A DNA stretch of 64,000 nt, from NCBI GenBank assembly GCA_963738505.1, contig CAVTWR010000002.1, positions 20,278 through 84,277 on the forward strand. Reading direction: 5' to 3'. How positions within the stretch are numbered: the first letter of the stretch is position 1; every line of letters starts with the position of its first letter. The notes below the pieces were generated by a model that saw only the letters and a program-made list of their open reading frames with translations, was not told where the DNA came from and searched no databases. The DNA is from an uncultured Actinomycetes bacterium. Its GTDB lineage: Bacteria > Actinomycetota > Thermoleophilia > Gaiellales > Gaiellaceae. The position numbers and the translations under genes are program-made. Shown in pieces: positions 9,919 to 21,159 of this stretch.

Positions 9919-10803
9919 GTGCACATCGAGCAGCTGGCCGGAGGGATCGGCGCCGGAGAGGGACCGGCCTTTCTCGCTGACGGGCGCTTCATCTTCGTGG
10001 AGATCTGGAACAGCCGGGTCTCGGTGTGGACACCCGAGGAGGGAGTCCAGGAGCACGTGTACGTCGGCGGTGGGCCCAACTCCGTGCTGGTCTGCCGCGA
10101 TGGATCGCTGATCGTCACCCAGAACGGCGGCCGCGAGCGTGAATGGCGCGCCCGCGACCAACGGCCCCCCTGCCTGCAGCGCGTTTCGGCCGAAGGCGTG
10201 GTCGAGGTACTCGTGACCAGCGTCGACGGTGTGGACTTGAGAGCGCCCAACGACCTCGCGTTCGGCAAGGACGGCCGGCTGTACTTCACCGATCCGGCCG
10301 GTGACTACCATCCGACGAACCCGCCTCCACCGGGCTACATCTTCGCGCTCAACCCAGACGGCACCGGGGAAGTGCTCGTCGAGACCGGGCCTACCTTCCC
10401 GAACGGGATCACCGTCGAGGCGGACGGCAACGTCGTCTGGGCCGAATCGTTCACCCGGGCGGTCAAGCGCTACCACCAGGCCTCGGGCAAGGTCGAGGAG
10501 ATCTGCGTGCTCGCCGACCCCAAACACATCCCCGACGGGCTCAAGTGCTCCACTGCGGGCGACTTCTACATCGCCACCGTGCTCTCCGGCGGAGTCTGCG
10601 TGGTCTCGGCCGACGGCAACGAGAAGGAACTACTCGAGGGTTTCGGCGACTACCCGACGAACGTCCAGTTCCGGGGATCGACGATGTACGTCACCGACGT
10701 CGGCGCCGGCCTCGGCACCGATGCCGTCTACCACGGCACCATCTCGCGCGTCACGCTGGACGGGGTCACGGGCCTCGAACTGTTCGGAGGCGCCATCGAC
10801 TAG
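9919..10803 (+). CDS. SMP-30/gluconolactonase family protein
   Basis: GEGP, PNDLAFGKDGRLYFTDP, FPNGI and PDG motifs. Confidence 0.9.
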   Translation: MHIEQLAGGIGAGEGPAFLADGRFIFVEIWNSRVSVWTPEEGVQEHVYVGGGPNSVLVCRDGSLIVTQNGGREREWRARDQRPPCLQRVSAEGVVEVLVTSVDGVDLRAPNDLAFGKDGRLYFTDPAGDYHPTNPPPPGYIFALNPDGTGEVLVETGPTFPNGITVEADGNVVWAESFTRAVKRYHQASGKVEEICVLADPKHIPDGLKCSTAGDFYIATVLSGGVCVVSADGNEKELLEGFGDYPTNVQFRGSTMYVTDVGAGLGTDAVYHGTISRVTLDGVTGLELFGGAID

Positions 10804-10889
10804 ACGAGATCCGAGCAAGGAGCAACCCGGCGACAGGCACCCGCCTGGCCCGATCAAGAAAACGTGCAGGGAAGCCAAGGGAGGCTGAC

Positions 10890-12323
10890 GTGAGCGAATC
10901 GAGGAACGGCACAGCAACGAAGACCGTGATCGACCAACTCGTCACCGGCGAGATCACCCGTGACCAGTTCATCAAGAAGGCAGCGCTCATGGGCCTGTCG
11001 GCCGCGGGGATCGGCGGAGTGCTTGTCGGTGCCGGCAAGGCCACGGCGGCCGATCGGTTCGCCGCACGTGGCCTCGCGGGAGGTGTCGTCAACATCCTGG
11101 TCGCCGCCGAGGGCGACGAGAAGGGCGTCAAGGACAAGATCGGCGAGATCAAGAAACGGTTCGGGATCGACCTCAAGATGACGGCTCTCGCCGTGGGACC
11201 GCTGATCGAGAAGACAAACCAGAGCGTCAAGGCCTCGTCCGGCACCTTCGACGCGATCGAGGTGCTCGGCTTCACGGTCTCGAACTTCGTCGGCGGCGGC
11301 TACTTCGAGAAGCTGAACGCCCGTCTCGCGGACGTGCCGGCCGGCTACGACTACCCGAAGGACTTCACGCCCGGTGCGCTCAAGTACGTCAGCAACTTCG
11401 ACGTTGCCAAGCAGCAGTTCGGCGGCAAGAGCGTCTACCTGATCCCCGGCCTGCACGGCGGCGGCGTGATTCTCTTCTACCGCAAGGACCTGCTGAAGGC
11501 TGCCGGGCTGCAGGTGCCGAAGACGTGGGGGCAGTATCTCGCGGCCGCCAAGAAGCTCAACACCGGCGGCGTCGCCGGGAACAGCATGATCGCCAAGTCC
11601 GGCGACGTCTCGATGTTCCTCGTCGACTTCTTCAGCCGCTTCGCCGGTACGGGCGGCAAGCTGATGAGCGGTTCGCCCCAGGCCAAGAACTTCAAGCCCC
11701 GGCTGACGAGCCCGCAGGCCGTGGCTGCGCTGCAGAACATGGTCGACTGCGTCGAGCACGCCTCGCCGGGCGTGCTCCAGTACGACTTCACCGCCTCGAC
11801 CGACGCCTTCAGCGCGGGCAAGACGGCGATGATGGCCATGTGGTCCACCATCGCGGGCCCCGTCTTCAACGCGAAGACATCGAAGGTCGCATCGAAGGCT
11901 GGGGTCGCCACCACCCCGGGCACGGGTGCTGCAGCGGGCCGCATCGTCCGCGGCGGTTGGGGCATCGGCATCCCGAAGAACGCCAAGAACAAGGACGGCG
12001 CCTGGGCGGTGATCACGTACCTCACCTCCAAGGAGTGGGAGAAGTACCAGACGGGCACGTACCAGACCGATCCGAACCGGAACTCGACGTTCTTCGACCC
12101 GGCCCTGAACAAGAAGCTCCCCTACCTCACCGTGGCGGGGAAGGCCTTCCAGAAGGCGCAGATCCTCGAGATCGCAAGCGTTCCCGAGACCTTCGAGATG
12201 ATCGGAGCGGCAGCCGAGGAGTTCGCCGCTGCCCTCGGCGGCTCGTCGAGCGCGGCCGCTGCCTGCAAGAAGGCGAACGACCGCTGGACGGACATCCTCA
12301 AGAAGGGCGGCCACCTCGCCTGA
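10890..12323 (+). CDS. Carbohydrate ABC transporter substrate-binding protein
   Basis: LFYRKDLL...PKTW and GGWGIGI motifs; Tat-like leader TRDQFIKK; RBS GGGAGG. Confidence 0.9.
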   Translation: MSESRNGTATKTVIDQLVTGEITRDQFIKKAALMGLSAAGIGGVLVGAGKATAADRFAARGLAGGVVNILVAAEGDEKGVKDKIGEIKKRFGIDLKMTALAVGPLIEKTNQSVKASSGTFDAIEVLGFTVSNFVGGGYFEKLNARLADVPAGYDYPKDFTPGALKYVSNFDVAKQQFGGKSVYLIPGLHGGGVILFYRKDLLKAAGLQVPKTWGQYLAAAKKLNTGGVAGNSMIAKSGDVSMFLVDFFSRFAGTGGKLMSGSPQAKNFKPRLTSPQAVAALQNMVDCVEHASPGVLQYDFTASTDAFSAGKTAMMAMWSTIAGPVFNAKTSKVASKAGVATTPGTGAAAGRIVRGGWGIGIPKNAKNKDGAWAVITYLTSKEWEKYQTGTYQTDPNRNSTFFDPALNKKLPYLTVAGKAFQKAQILEIASVPETFEMIGAAAEEFAAALGGSSSAAAACKKANDRWTDILKKGGHLA

Positions 12324-12345
12324 CGGCGACAGGCCCGGTTAGCTG

Positions 12346-13275
12346 ATGACGTCGGCCACTGCGAGGATCCGCAGGGACGACCGGGACAGGCGTCTCGCCT
12401 CGCCGACTCAGCGGCGAGGCGAGACGCTCCTCCTGCTCGGACCCTGCGTCCTCTACCTCGTCGTCTTCTCGATCTACCCGCTCGTCGTCAGCCTCGTCCG
12501 CTCCTTCGAGGACTACGACACGCGGGCCAACTCGTGGCGCTGGATCGGCTTCGACAATTACCAGCAACTGTTCTCCAGCGAGGACTTCTGGGGCATCGTC
12601 GGTCACACCGTCGTGTTCACCGCAGCCGGAGTGGCGATCCAGGTCACGCTCGGCACGGCACTCGCGCTGTTCTTCAACCAGCGCCTGCGGGGCTCCGCGA
12701 TCGTTCGCGGATTGCTGATCCTGCCCATGCTGATCACTCCTGTCGTGGTCGGTCTCATGTGGCGCGCCCTGCTCAACCCCGAGTGGGGGATGCTCAACTG
12801 GATCTTCGTCAAGCTCGGCTTCGCGAACATCGGGTGGCTCTCCGATCCCGGCACGGCGCTACGAACGCTGATCATGGTGGACGTCTGGCAGTGGACGCCT
12901 TTCGTGTTCATCATCGTCTTCGCCCGACTCCAGGCGCTGCCACAGGAGGTGTATGAGGCAAGCGAGGTCGACGGCGCGAACTGGTGGCGGCGCACCCGCT
13001 ACATCACGCTACCGCTCCTGCTGCCCGCAATCATCTTCGCCGCCGTCTTCCGCGGCATCGACGCCTTCCGCACGTTCGACCTCGTGTATGGGCTCACCAA
13101 CGGCGGTCCGGTGCAGGCGACGTCGACGCTCTCCTTCGAGGCCTTCCAGAACGGCTTCAAGTACCAGCACTACGGCTATGCCTCGGCGATCTCCTACGTG
13201 ATGGTGATCGCTGCGATGATCGGCATCACGATCCTGTTCAAGGTCGTGAACGTGCGCCGGGAGGACGCCACATGA
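12346..13275 (+). CDS. Carbohydrate ABC transporter permease
   Basis: EAA-type motif VYEASEVDGA; WQWTPF. Confidence 0.92.
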   Translation: MTSATARIRRDDRDRRLASPTQRRGETLLLLGPCVLYLVVFSIYPLVVSLVRSFEDYDTRANSWRWIGFDNYQQLFSSEDFWGIVGHTVVFTAAGVAIQVTLGTALALFFNQRLRGSAIVRGLLILPMLITPVVVGLMWRALLNPEWGMLNWIFVKLGFANIGWLSDPGTALRTLIMVDVWQWTPFVFIIVFARLQALPQEVYEASEVDGANWWRRTRYITLPLLLPAIIFAAVFRGIDAFRTFDLVYGLTNGGPVQATSTLSFEAFQNGFKYQHYGYASAISYVMVIAAMIGITILFKVVNVRREDAT

Positions 13276-14105
13276 CCCTCCGGCTCGCGGGCAGGACGGT
13301 GTCGTACCTGGTCCTCGCGCTGATCGCTGCGGTCGCGATCGCGCCGTTCCTCTTCCTCCTCATCATCTCCTTCAAGACGCGGATCGACGTGCTCGAAGTG
13401 CCCCCGACACTGCATTTCGAGTGGGCGACGATCAGCGAGAACTACAGGATCGTCCTGCACGACAACGGCTTCATCACGTTCATCAAGAACTCACTCATCG
13501 TGACCATCGGCTCGACGGTGCTGGCGCTCGCTCTCGGCGTGCCTGCCGCCTACGCCTTCTCGCGGCTCGAGTTCCGCGGCCGCGACAACTGGGCCTCGAC
13601 GATCCTCAGCTTCCGCTTCATGCCCCCCGTCGCGGTCGCGATCCCGATCTTCCTGATGATCCAGTACCTCGGGCTGACCAACAGCTACCTGGGCCTGATC
13701 CTCCCCTACATCGCCTTCTCGCTGCCGCTCGTGGTCTGGATCATGATCGGCTTCTTCGACGAGATCCCGCGCGAGATCGACGACGCCGCGATGGTCGACG
13801 GCTGCACCCGCCTGGGACTGCTGGTCCGCGTGATGCTCCCGCTCGTCCGTCCGGGTCTCCTCGTCTCCGCCATCTTCGGGCAGATCTTCGTCTGGAACGA
13901 GTTCCTCGTCGGCCTCTACATCATCAACTCACAGGATCGCGAGACGATCCCGATCGGCGCCTCGTCGCTGCTCACCACCGAGAGCCCGATCGACTGGAAC
14001 ATCGCCGCCGCGGTCGGGATCCTCACCGTCATTCCGATGCTCATCTTCTCGCTCGCCGTGCAGCGCTGGATCGTGCGCGGCATCACGGCCGGGACGGTCA
14101 GATGA
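13272..14105 (+). CDS. Carbohydrate ABC transporter permease
   Basis: IDDAAMVDGC, WNEF and terminal GITAGTV motifs. Confidence 0.92.
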   Translation: MTLRLAGRTVSYLVLALIAAVAIAPFLFLLIISFKTRIDVLEVPPTLHFEWATISENYRIVLHDNGFITFIKNSLIVTIGSTVLALALGVPAAYAFSRLEFRGRDNWASTILSFRFMPPVAVAIPIFLMIQYLGLTNSYLGLILPYIAFSLPLVVWIMIGFFDEIPREIDDAAMVDGCTRLGLLVRVMLPLVRPGLLVSAIFGQIFVWNEFLVGLYIINSQDRETIPIGASSLLTTESPIDWNIAAAVGILTVIPMLIFSLAVQRWIVRGITAGTVR

Positions 14106-14122
14106 AGCGGCGGGCCAGAGCT

Positions 14123-14899
14123 CTACAGCTGCTTCACGCGGAGGTAGCCGCCGTCCACGACGACGTCCTCGCCGGTGACGTACGAGGCCTCGGGGGAGCA
14201 GAGAAAGACGACGACAGCGGCCACCTCGCGCGGCTCGCCGATCCGGCCGAGCGCGTTCGCGCCACGGACGCGCTCCAGGAAGTCGTCGGCCGCGTCCTGA
14301 TTCATCCCGCCCAGCGAGCGAGCGAGCATCGGTGTGTCGATCGTGCCCGGGCTGACGCTGTTCACCCGGATCCCTCGGTCGCCGACCTCGACGGCGAGGG
14401 CGCGCGCGGCAGCCATCAGCCCGGCCTTCGTCGCGGCGTACGGCACGTTTCCCGGAAGGGTCAGGTAGCCCTGGACCGACGCTGTGAAGACGATGCTTCC
14501 GCCGCCCGCCGCGGCGAGCAGCGGGATCGCCGCGCGGGCGCACAGCAGGGGCCCGACCAGGTTGATTCCGATCTGGCGTTCGATCTCCGCGACCGGAAGC
14601 TGCTCGAGCGCGAGATAGCGCTCGACGGCGGCGTTCGCATGCAGCACGTCGAGCCGGCCAAGACGATGCAGGATCTCCTCGAACGCGGCGTCGACGTCAG
14701 CGGCGTCGGCGACGTCGCAGGTCACCGCCAGCGCGTCGAAGCCGTCCGCCGTGAGGGCCCCGGCACAGTCTCGGGCGCCTGCTCCGTTCACGTCGAGCAG
14801 CGCGACCCGGTAGCCCGCCTCCGCAAACGCGCGTGCGCAAGCGCTCCCGATACCCGATGCGGCTCCGGTCACCGCGGCAACCTGCTGGCGCTCGACCAT
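14123..14899 (-). CDS. SDR oxidoreductase
   Basis: [13 protein letters not shown] and NSVSPG motifs. Confidence 0.9.
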   Translation of the reverse strand: MVERQQVAAVTGAASGIGSACARAFAEAGYRVALLDVNGAGARDCAGALTADGFDALAVTCDVADAADVDAAFEEILHRLGRLDVLHANAAVERYLALEQLPVAEIERQIGINLVGPLLCARAAIPLLAAAGGGSIVFTASVQGYLTLPGNVPYAATKAGLMAAARALAVEVGDRGIRVNSVSPGTIDTPMLARSLGGMNQDAADDFLERVRGANALGRIGEPREVAAVVVFLCSPEASYVTGEDVVVDGGYLRVKQL

Positions 14900-14956
14900 G
14901 CCTCTGCCGACCGTACGCAAGCGACCCGCACCATGTCAAACGACGAGAGGAGGGTG

Positions 14957-15124
14957 CTAGTGCACCGTTCCGCAAATCCCTTGGACTCTGCTGGCGTCCA
15001 GCCGCGCCTGTCGGCACCCGGCACCCGCACACGTGCTACCAGCACGCGCACGGGCACCGTGCACCGCCAGATCACACCTGGCCACTCCGCACAGTGGCAA
15101 CGGACTTCCGGAACGGAGCACTAG
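14957..15124. mobile_element. MITE-like element bounded by CTAG with terminal inverted repeats
   Basis: CTAGTGCACCGTTCCG (14957-14972) is the inverted repeat of CGGAACGGAGCACTAG (15109-15124) at 15/16, and imperfect pairing continues inward. Confidence 0.65.
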
Positions 15125-15126
15125 AC

Positions 15127-16338
<1,212 letters not shown>

Positions 16339-16346
16339 CCGTCACC

Positions 16347-17216
16347 ATGCACGACGACGTCGTCAGCCGGCTGCGGACGCTGGGCATGACGCTCTACGAG
16401 GCGCGTGTCTACGTCGGGCTGCTCCAGGGCGGCCAGCAGAACGGCAACGAGCTCGCCAAGTCCGCCGGGCTGCCTTCGTCGAAGGTGTATTCGACGCTCG
16501 AGAAGCTGGCCTTGCTCGGCATCGTGCATTCGGTCCGGCGCGGCACGACCACCACCTACGTCTGCGTCTCGCCGGACGAGCTCTTGAAGCGGCTGCGGAG
16601 CCGCTTCAGCGAGCCGATCGAGTACCTGCAGCGCACCCTGCCGAGCCTGGGCGCCTTCGTCCCGTCATCCGAGGTCTTGACCATCTCCGGGCTCGATGCG
16701 ATCCGCGAGAGCGCCCGGTACATCGTCAACCACGCACGCGGTCAGATCTACCTCTCGATCTGGGCCGAGGATCTGGAGGGTCTGCGCGGCTCGCTGATCG
16801 ACGCCGACGCGCGCGGCGTGCGCATCTTCGCGATGATCTACGGCGACGAGGCGATCCTGGAGGTCGGTTCCTGGCTGCATCACAGCTACAACGACATCGT
16901 CGTCGATCGCCTGAAAGGGCGGATGCTGACGCTGGGCGCGGATCAGGAGGAAGCGCTGATCGCGCACATCCCACGCCACGGTGAGGCCAGCGGGGTGCGC
17001 ACGCGCAATCCTGTGCTCGCGCTCGTCGCGCAGGAGTACCTCCATCACGACATCGTCTTGCAGCGGGCGCAGCTCCGGGTCGGCTTCGAGGAGTGGGATG
17101 AGTGGTGGCAGGCGGATCCTGACCTGCGGACGCTCATCCTCGGCGACGCCCTTCGAGACGGAGACCCCGAGGCGGTACTCGCCGCACCGAAACCCCGACG
17201 CAAGAAGGAGAGCTGA
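16347..17216 (+). CDS. TrmB-family transcriptional regulator
   Basis: LGMTLYEARVYVGLL...LPSSKVYSTLEKL wHTH plus an effector domain. Confidence 0.88.
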   Translation: MHDDVVSRLRTLGMTLYEARVYVGLLQGGQQNGNELAKSAGLPSSKVYSTLEKLALLGIVHSVRRGTTTTYVCVSPDELLKRLRSRFSEPIEYLQRTLPSLGAFVPSSEVLTISGLDAIRESARYIVNHARGQIYLSIWAEDLEGLRGSLIDADARGVRIFAMIYGDEAILEVGSWLHHSYNDIVVDRLKGRMLTLGADQEEALIAHIPRHGEASGVRTRNPVLALVAQEYLHHDIVLQRAQLRVGFEEWDEWWQADPDLRTLILGDALRDGDPEAVLAAPKPRRKKES

Positions 17217-18658
17217 TGACCGCTACCGCAGTCGACGCCGAGGCGCGACCGCTCATCCTCGGCGGCCTGGCGACCACGGGCGCCTCGTCGCTGGCGGTCG
17301 TGTATCCGTACGATCAGAGCGAGATCGGCCGCGTGGGCACCGCCGACGCCGCCCAGGTGGAGCAGGCGCTGAGGAGTGCTGCGGCCGCGACAGATGCCGT
17401 CGCCGCGTTGCCGCCGTTTCGCCGCGCCGACATCCTGCTGGCTGCGGCCGAGCTCGTACAGGCCCGCCGCGAGGAGCTCGCCCGCCAGATGACGCTGGAA
17501 ACGGGGAACGCCCTGTGGGAGACCCGGGTCGAGGTCGACCGCACGGTCGAGATCATCACCGGCTGTGCGGAAGAGGCGCGGCGCCTGACCGGCGAGATCG
17601 TCCCGATCGACGCGATCGCCCGCGGCGAGGGCCGGGTCGGCTTCACGCGGCGTGTGCCGGTCGGCGTCGTGCTGGGAATCACGCCGTTCAACGCACCGCT
17701 GCTGCTCGTCGCGCACAAGCTCGCGGCCGCACTCGCAGCCGGCTGCCCGTGCATCATCAAGCCGGCGCCGAAGACGCCGCTCTCGGCGTTGTCCCTGGGC
17801 GAGATCTTCGTCGAGGCGGGCGCCCCAGAGGGGTCGGTGAGCGTCATTCCGTGCGAGAACGAGCTGGCAGAGCGGCTCGTCACCGACGAGCGGGTCAAGT
17901 TCCTGTCGTTCACCGGCAGCCCCGGGGTCGGCTGGCACCTCCGGCGCATCGCGGCGACACCGAGGGTCACGCTCGAGCTCGGCGGTAACGGCGCCGTGAT
18001 CGTCCACGAGGACGCGAACGTGGCATACGCCGCCGAGCGCTGCGCGTTCGGCGGCTTCGTGCGCTCCGGACAGGCCTGCATCTCGGTGCAACGGCTGTAC
18101 GTCCATTCGTCGATCTTCGATCCGTTCACGGTCGCGTTGCTGGCCAAGATCGAGACGCTCAAGGTCGGCGATCCGCTCGACCCGGACACGATGGTCGGCG
18201 GCTTGATCGACGACCGGGCGGCCGAGAAGGCGATGCGCCTGATCGACGACGCCCGGTCGCGGGGGGCGGAGGTGCTGTGCGGAGGTAGCCGCGACGGGCG
18301 GGCGGTCGCGCTCACGGTCGTCGTGGGCGCGACCGAGAACATGCCGATCGCGTGCGAGGAGGCGTTTGCGCCGATCATCGTCCTGTCGCGCTACGACGAC
18401 GTCGACGAGGCGATCCGCCTGGCGAACGACTCGCCGTTCGGCCTTCAGGCTGGGCTCTTCACCAACGACATCCGCATCATCAACCGCGCCTTCGAGCGCC
18501 TCGAGGTCGGCGGCCTGATCGTCAACGACGTCAACACGTTCCGCGTCGACCACATGCCCTACGGGGGTGCAAAGCAGTCCGGGCTCGGACGTGAGGGCAT
18601 GCGCTACGCCGTGCAGGAGATGACCCAGGAGCGGCTGCTGGTCATCGACCCGCGTTGA
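17216..18658 (+). CDS. Aldehyde dehydrogenase
   Basis: ITPFN, FTGS, LELGGN, GQACIS and EEAFAP motifs. Confidence 0.93.
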   Translation: MTATAVDAEARPLILGGLATTGASSLAVVYPYDQSEIGRVGTADAAQVEQALRSAAAATDAVAALPPFRRADILLAAAELVQARREELARQMTLETGNALWETRVEVDRTVEIITGCAEEARRLTGEIVPIDAIARGEGRVGFTRRVPVGVVLGITPFNAPLLLVAHKLAAALAAGCPCIIKPAPKTPLSALSLGEIFVEAGAPEGSVSVIPCENELAERLVTDERVKFLSFTGSPGVGWHLRRIAATPRVTLELGGNGAVIVHEDANVAYAAERCAFGGFVRSGQACISVQRLYVHSSIFDPFTVALLAKIETLKVGDPLDPDTMVGGLIDDRAAEKAMRLIDDARSRGAEVLCGGSRDGRAVALTVVVGATENMPIACEEAFAPIIVLSRYDDVDEAIRLANDSPFGLQAGLFTNDIRIINRAFERLEVGGLIVNDVNTFRVDHMPYGGAKQSGLGREGMRYAVQEMTQERLLVIDPR

Positions 18659-18694
18659 GCGCAGGTCCGCTTCGCAGCGACGGTCGCCGCCCGG

Positions 18695-19273
18695 TCAGTC
18701 GCCGGGCGACGGCTTTCCGTGCGCCAGCAGCTCCCGGAGGATCTCTGCTTCTACCTCCTCGCGGGCCTTCGCCCGCGTGAGCACCTCGTCGAGGTCGGCG
18801 CGCGGGATCACGACGACGCCGTCGCGGTCTCCGTAGACGTAGTCGCCGGGGTCGACGTCGATGCCGGCGCACCTGATCCGCACGCCGATCTCGCCGGGAG
18901 TCTCCTTCCCGCGGGGGCCCGTGGGCACGACCGCCGCTGCGAACACCGGAAAGCCCAGCCGCTCGATCTCCTCGGCGTCGCGCACGGCGCCGTCGACGAC
19001 GAGGCCGGCCAGCCCGCGAGCAAGGCCGACCTGCGCGAGGATGTCGCCCCACAGAGCGGCGTCCGTGCAGCCGCCGCCGTCGACGATGACGACGTCGCCG
19101 CGGCATGCGGCGAGCGCGGCCTCACGCACGGAGAAGTGCTCGCCGGGCGGGGTTCGCACGGTGAAGGCGGTGCCGTGCAGGCGCGCGCCGGGCCAGAGCG
19201 GCCGGATCCGCTGGTCGAGAGCGATCCGCCGCCCGGTTGCGTCGCTGAGCAGCGCGGTCGGATACGGGAGCAT
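18695..19273 (-). CDS. RraA / HMG (4-hydroxy-4-methyl-2-oxoglutarate) aldolase family protein
   Basis: ALWGD, VVDGAVRD and GDRDGVVV motifs. Confidence 0.85.
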   Translation of the reverse strand: MLPYPTALLSDATGRRIALDQRIRPLWPGARLHGTAFTVRTPPGEHFSVREAALAACRGDVVIVDGGGCTDAALWGDILAQVGLARGLAGLVVDGAVRDAEEIERLGFPVFAAAVVPTGPRGKETPGEIGVRIRCAGIDVDPGDYVYGDRDGVVVIPRADLDEVLTRAKAREEVEAEILRELLAHGKPSPGD

Positions 19274-19340
19274 GGGTAGTAGTATCGCTTCGCCGCGTAC
19301 CGTCCTGCCGGTGGTCGGGCGGCGAGCCCCTGGAAGAGAC

Positions 19341-20600
19341 GTGCCACAGACCCTCACCGAGAAGATCCTGCTCGCGCACTGCGACGCCGAGACGATCGTC
19401 CCCGGCGACCTGATCATGGTGCGCTGCGACGTCGTCATGACCAACGACATCTCGGGTCCGATCGCGTTCCGGACGATGAAGGCGATGGGCGTCTCGAAGG
19501 TGTTCGACCCCACGAAGGTCGTGCTCATCCCCGATCACTTCGTCCCCGCCAAGGACGCCCGCTCCGCGGAGCTGCAGAAGGTGCTGAAGGAGTGGGCGTT
19601 CGAACAGGGCGTCGCCTTCTACGATCAGGGCCGCGGCGGGATCGAGCACGCCGTGCTCGTCGAGGACGGCTGGGTCGTGCCGGGCTCCGTCATCGCGGGA
19701 GGTGATTCGCACACGTGCACCCTCGGCGCCCTCGGTGCCTTCGGCACCGGTCTCGGCTCGACCGACGTTGCCGACTGCCTCGCGTTCGGCGAGTTCTGGC
19801 AGCAGGTCCCGGCGACGATCCGTGTGGAGTTCGACGGCTCGAAGCGGCGCTGGGTGACGGGCAAGGACCTGATCCTCGCGGTGATCGCCGAGATCGGAGT
19901 CGCCGGTGGCACCAACCACGTGCTCGAGTTCGTGGGTCCGGGCGCCGAGGCCCTCTCGATCGACGAACGGCTCGCCGTCGCGAATCTCGCGGTCGAGGCG
20001 GGCTCCGAGACGGGTGTCTTCCCTGCGGACGCGACAACCGCTGCCTATCTCGAGGGCCGTACGGACAGGCCGTGGACGGCGGTGACCTCCGACCCGGGCG
20101 CGGAGTTCGCGCGGACGGTGAGGATCGACCTCGACGGCCTGCCGCCCCTGATTGCGCTGCCGCATTCGCCGGGCAACATCGTCCCGCTGGCCGAGGCACT
20201 CGGACGCAGGATCGACCAGGTCTACATCGGCAACTGCTCGAACGGGACCCTCACCGACCTGCGGCAGGCGGCCGAGATCCTGCGCGGCAAACAGGTTCAC
20301 GCACGTACCCGCGCCATCATCGTGCCCGCCTCCCAGAAGATCTGGCGCGCGGCGCTCGCCGAAGGCCTGCTCGACGTCTTCGCCGAGGCCGGCTGCCTGG
20401 TCTCCACGCCAACGTGCGGGGCGTGCTTCGGGGGTAGCGGCGGCATCCTCGCCGCGGGCGAGAACGCCCTGGCGACGACGAACAGGAACTTCAAGGGCAG
20501 GATGGGCTCACCCGACGCCGGGGTGCACCTCGGCAACGCCTGGGTGGCCGCCGCGGCAGCTGTCGCAGGTGAGATCGCAGATCCGGCGGCGGTGGTCTGA
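19341..20600 (+). CDS. LeuC/HacA/DmdA-like aconitase-family dehydratase, large subunit
   Basis: TLTEKIL, DSHTC, IGNCSNG, CGACFG and NRNFKGRMG motifs. Confidence 0.9.
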   Translation: MPQTLTEKILLAHCDAETIVPGDLIMVRCDVVMTNDISGPIAFRTMKAMGVSKVFDPTKVVLIPDHFVPAKDARSAELQKVLKEWAFEQGVAFYDQGRGGIEHAVLVEDGWVVPGSVIAGGDSHTCTLGALGAFGTGLGSTDVADCLAFGEFWQQVPATIRVEFDGSKRRWVTGKDLILAVIAEIGVAGGTNHVLEFVGPGAEALSIDERLAVANLAVEAGSETGVFPADATTAAYLEGRTDRPWTAVTSDPGAEFARTVRIDLDGLPPLIALPHSPGNIVPLAEALGRRIDQVYIGNCSNGTLTDLRQAAEILRGKQVHARTRAIIVPASQKIWRAALAEGLLDVFAEAGCLVSTPTCGACFGGSGGILAAGENALATTNRNFKGRMGSPDAGVHLGNAWVAAAAAVAGEIADPAAVV

Positions 20601-21109
20601 TGGTGCGCTCCGGCACGGCGGTCGTGATCCGCGAGGACAACGTCGACACCGACGTGCTGTACCCCGGGCCGTTCCTCAGCATCCAGGACGTCGACCAGAT
20701 GAAGGCGCACCTGTTCGAGGGGTTGGATCCGACCCTGCGCGACGAACTCGTCGGCGACACCATCCTCGTCGTCAACGAGAACTTCGGTACGGGCTCGTCC
20801 CGTGAGCACGTTCCCCAGGCGATGCGCGCCTCGGGCATCACCTGCCTGCTCGGTAAGAGCTTCGCGCGGATCTTCTACCGGAACTGCATCAACCTCGGCC
20901 TGCTGGTCGTCGTCTGCTCGGAGGCGGTGGACGCCGCGACTCCAGGCTCGCGCGTGGAGGTCGAGTCCGAAACGGGAGTCGTCGTCGTCGACGGAGCGAC
21001 CTTCCAGGCCAGGCCGATCCCGCCGTTCATGCAGGAGATGCTCGCCAGCGGAGGCCTCGTCGAGTGGCGCCGGCAAGTGGGTCGTCCGGCCGCGGCGCCG
21101 GCCGGCTAG
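20600..21109 (+). CDS. LeuD/DmdB-like small subunit
   Basis: NVDTD, NFGTGSSREH and SFARIFYRNCINLG motifs. Confidence 0.9.
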   Translation: MVRSGTAVVIREDNVDTDVLYPGPFLSIQDVDQMKAHLFEGLDPTLRDELVGDTILVVNENFGTGSSREHVPQAMRASGITCLLGKSFARIFYRNCINLGLLVVVCSEAVDAATPGSRVEVESETGVVVVDGATFQARPIPPFMQEMLASGGLVEWRRQVGRPAAAPAG

Positions 21110-21159
21110 CCGGCTCGGGCGGGGACCTCCGGCGAGCTCGAGAGCTATCGTTGCCGGGA

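Noticed and set aside
19341-21109. Housekeeping leuC/leuD
   Set aside because: No leuA or leuB nearby and the context is catabolic, so gene symbols were withheld.
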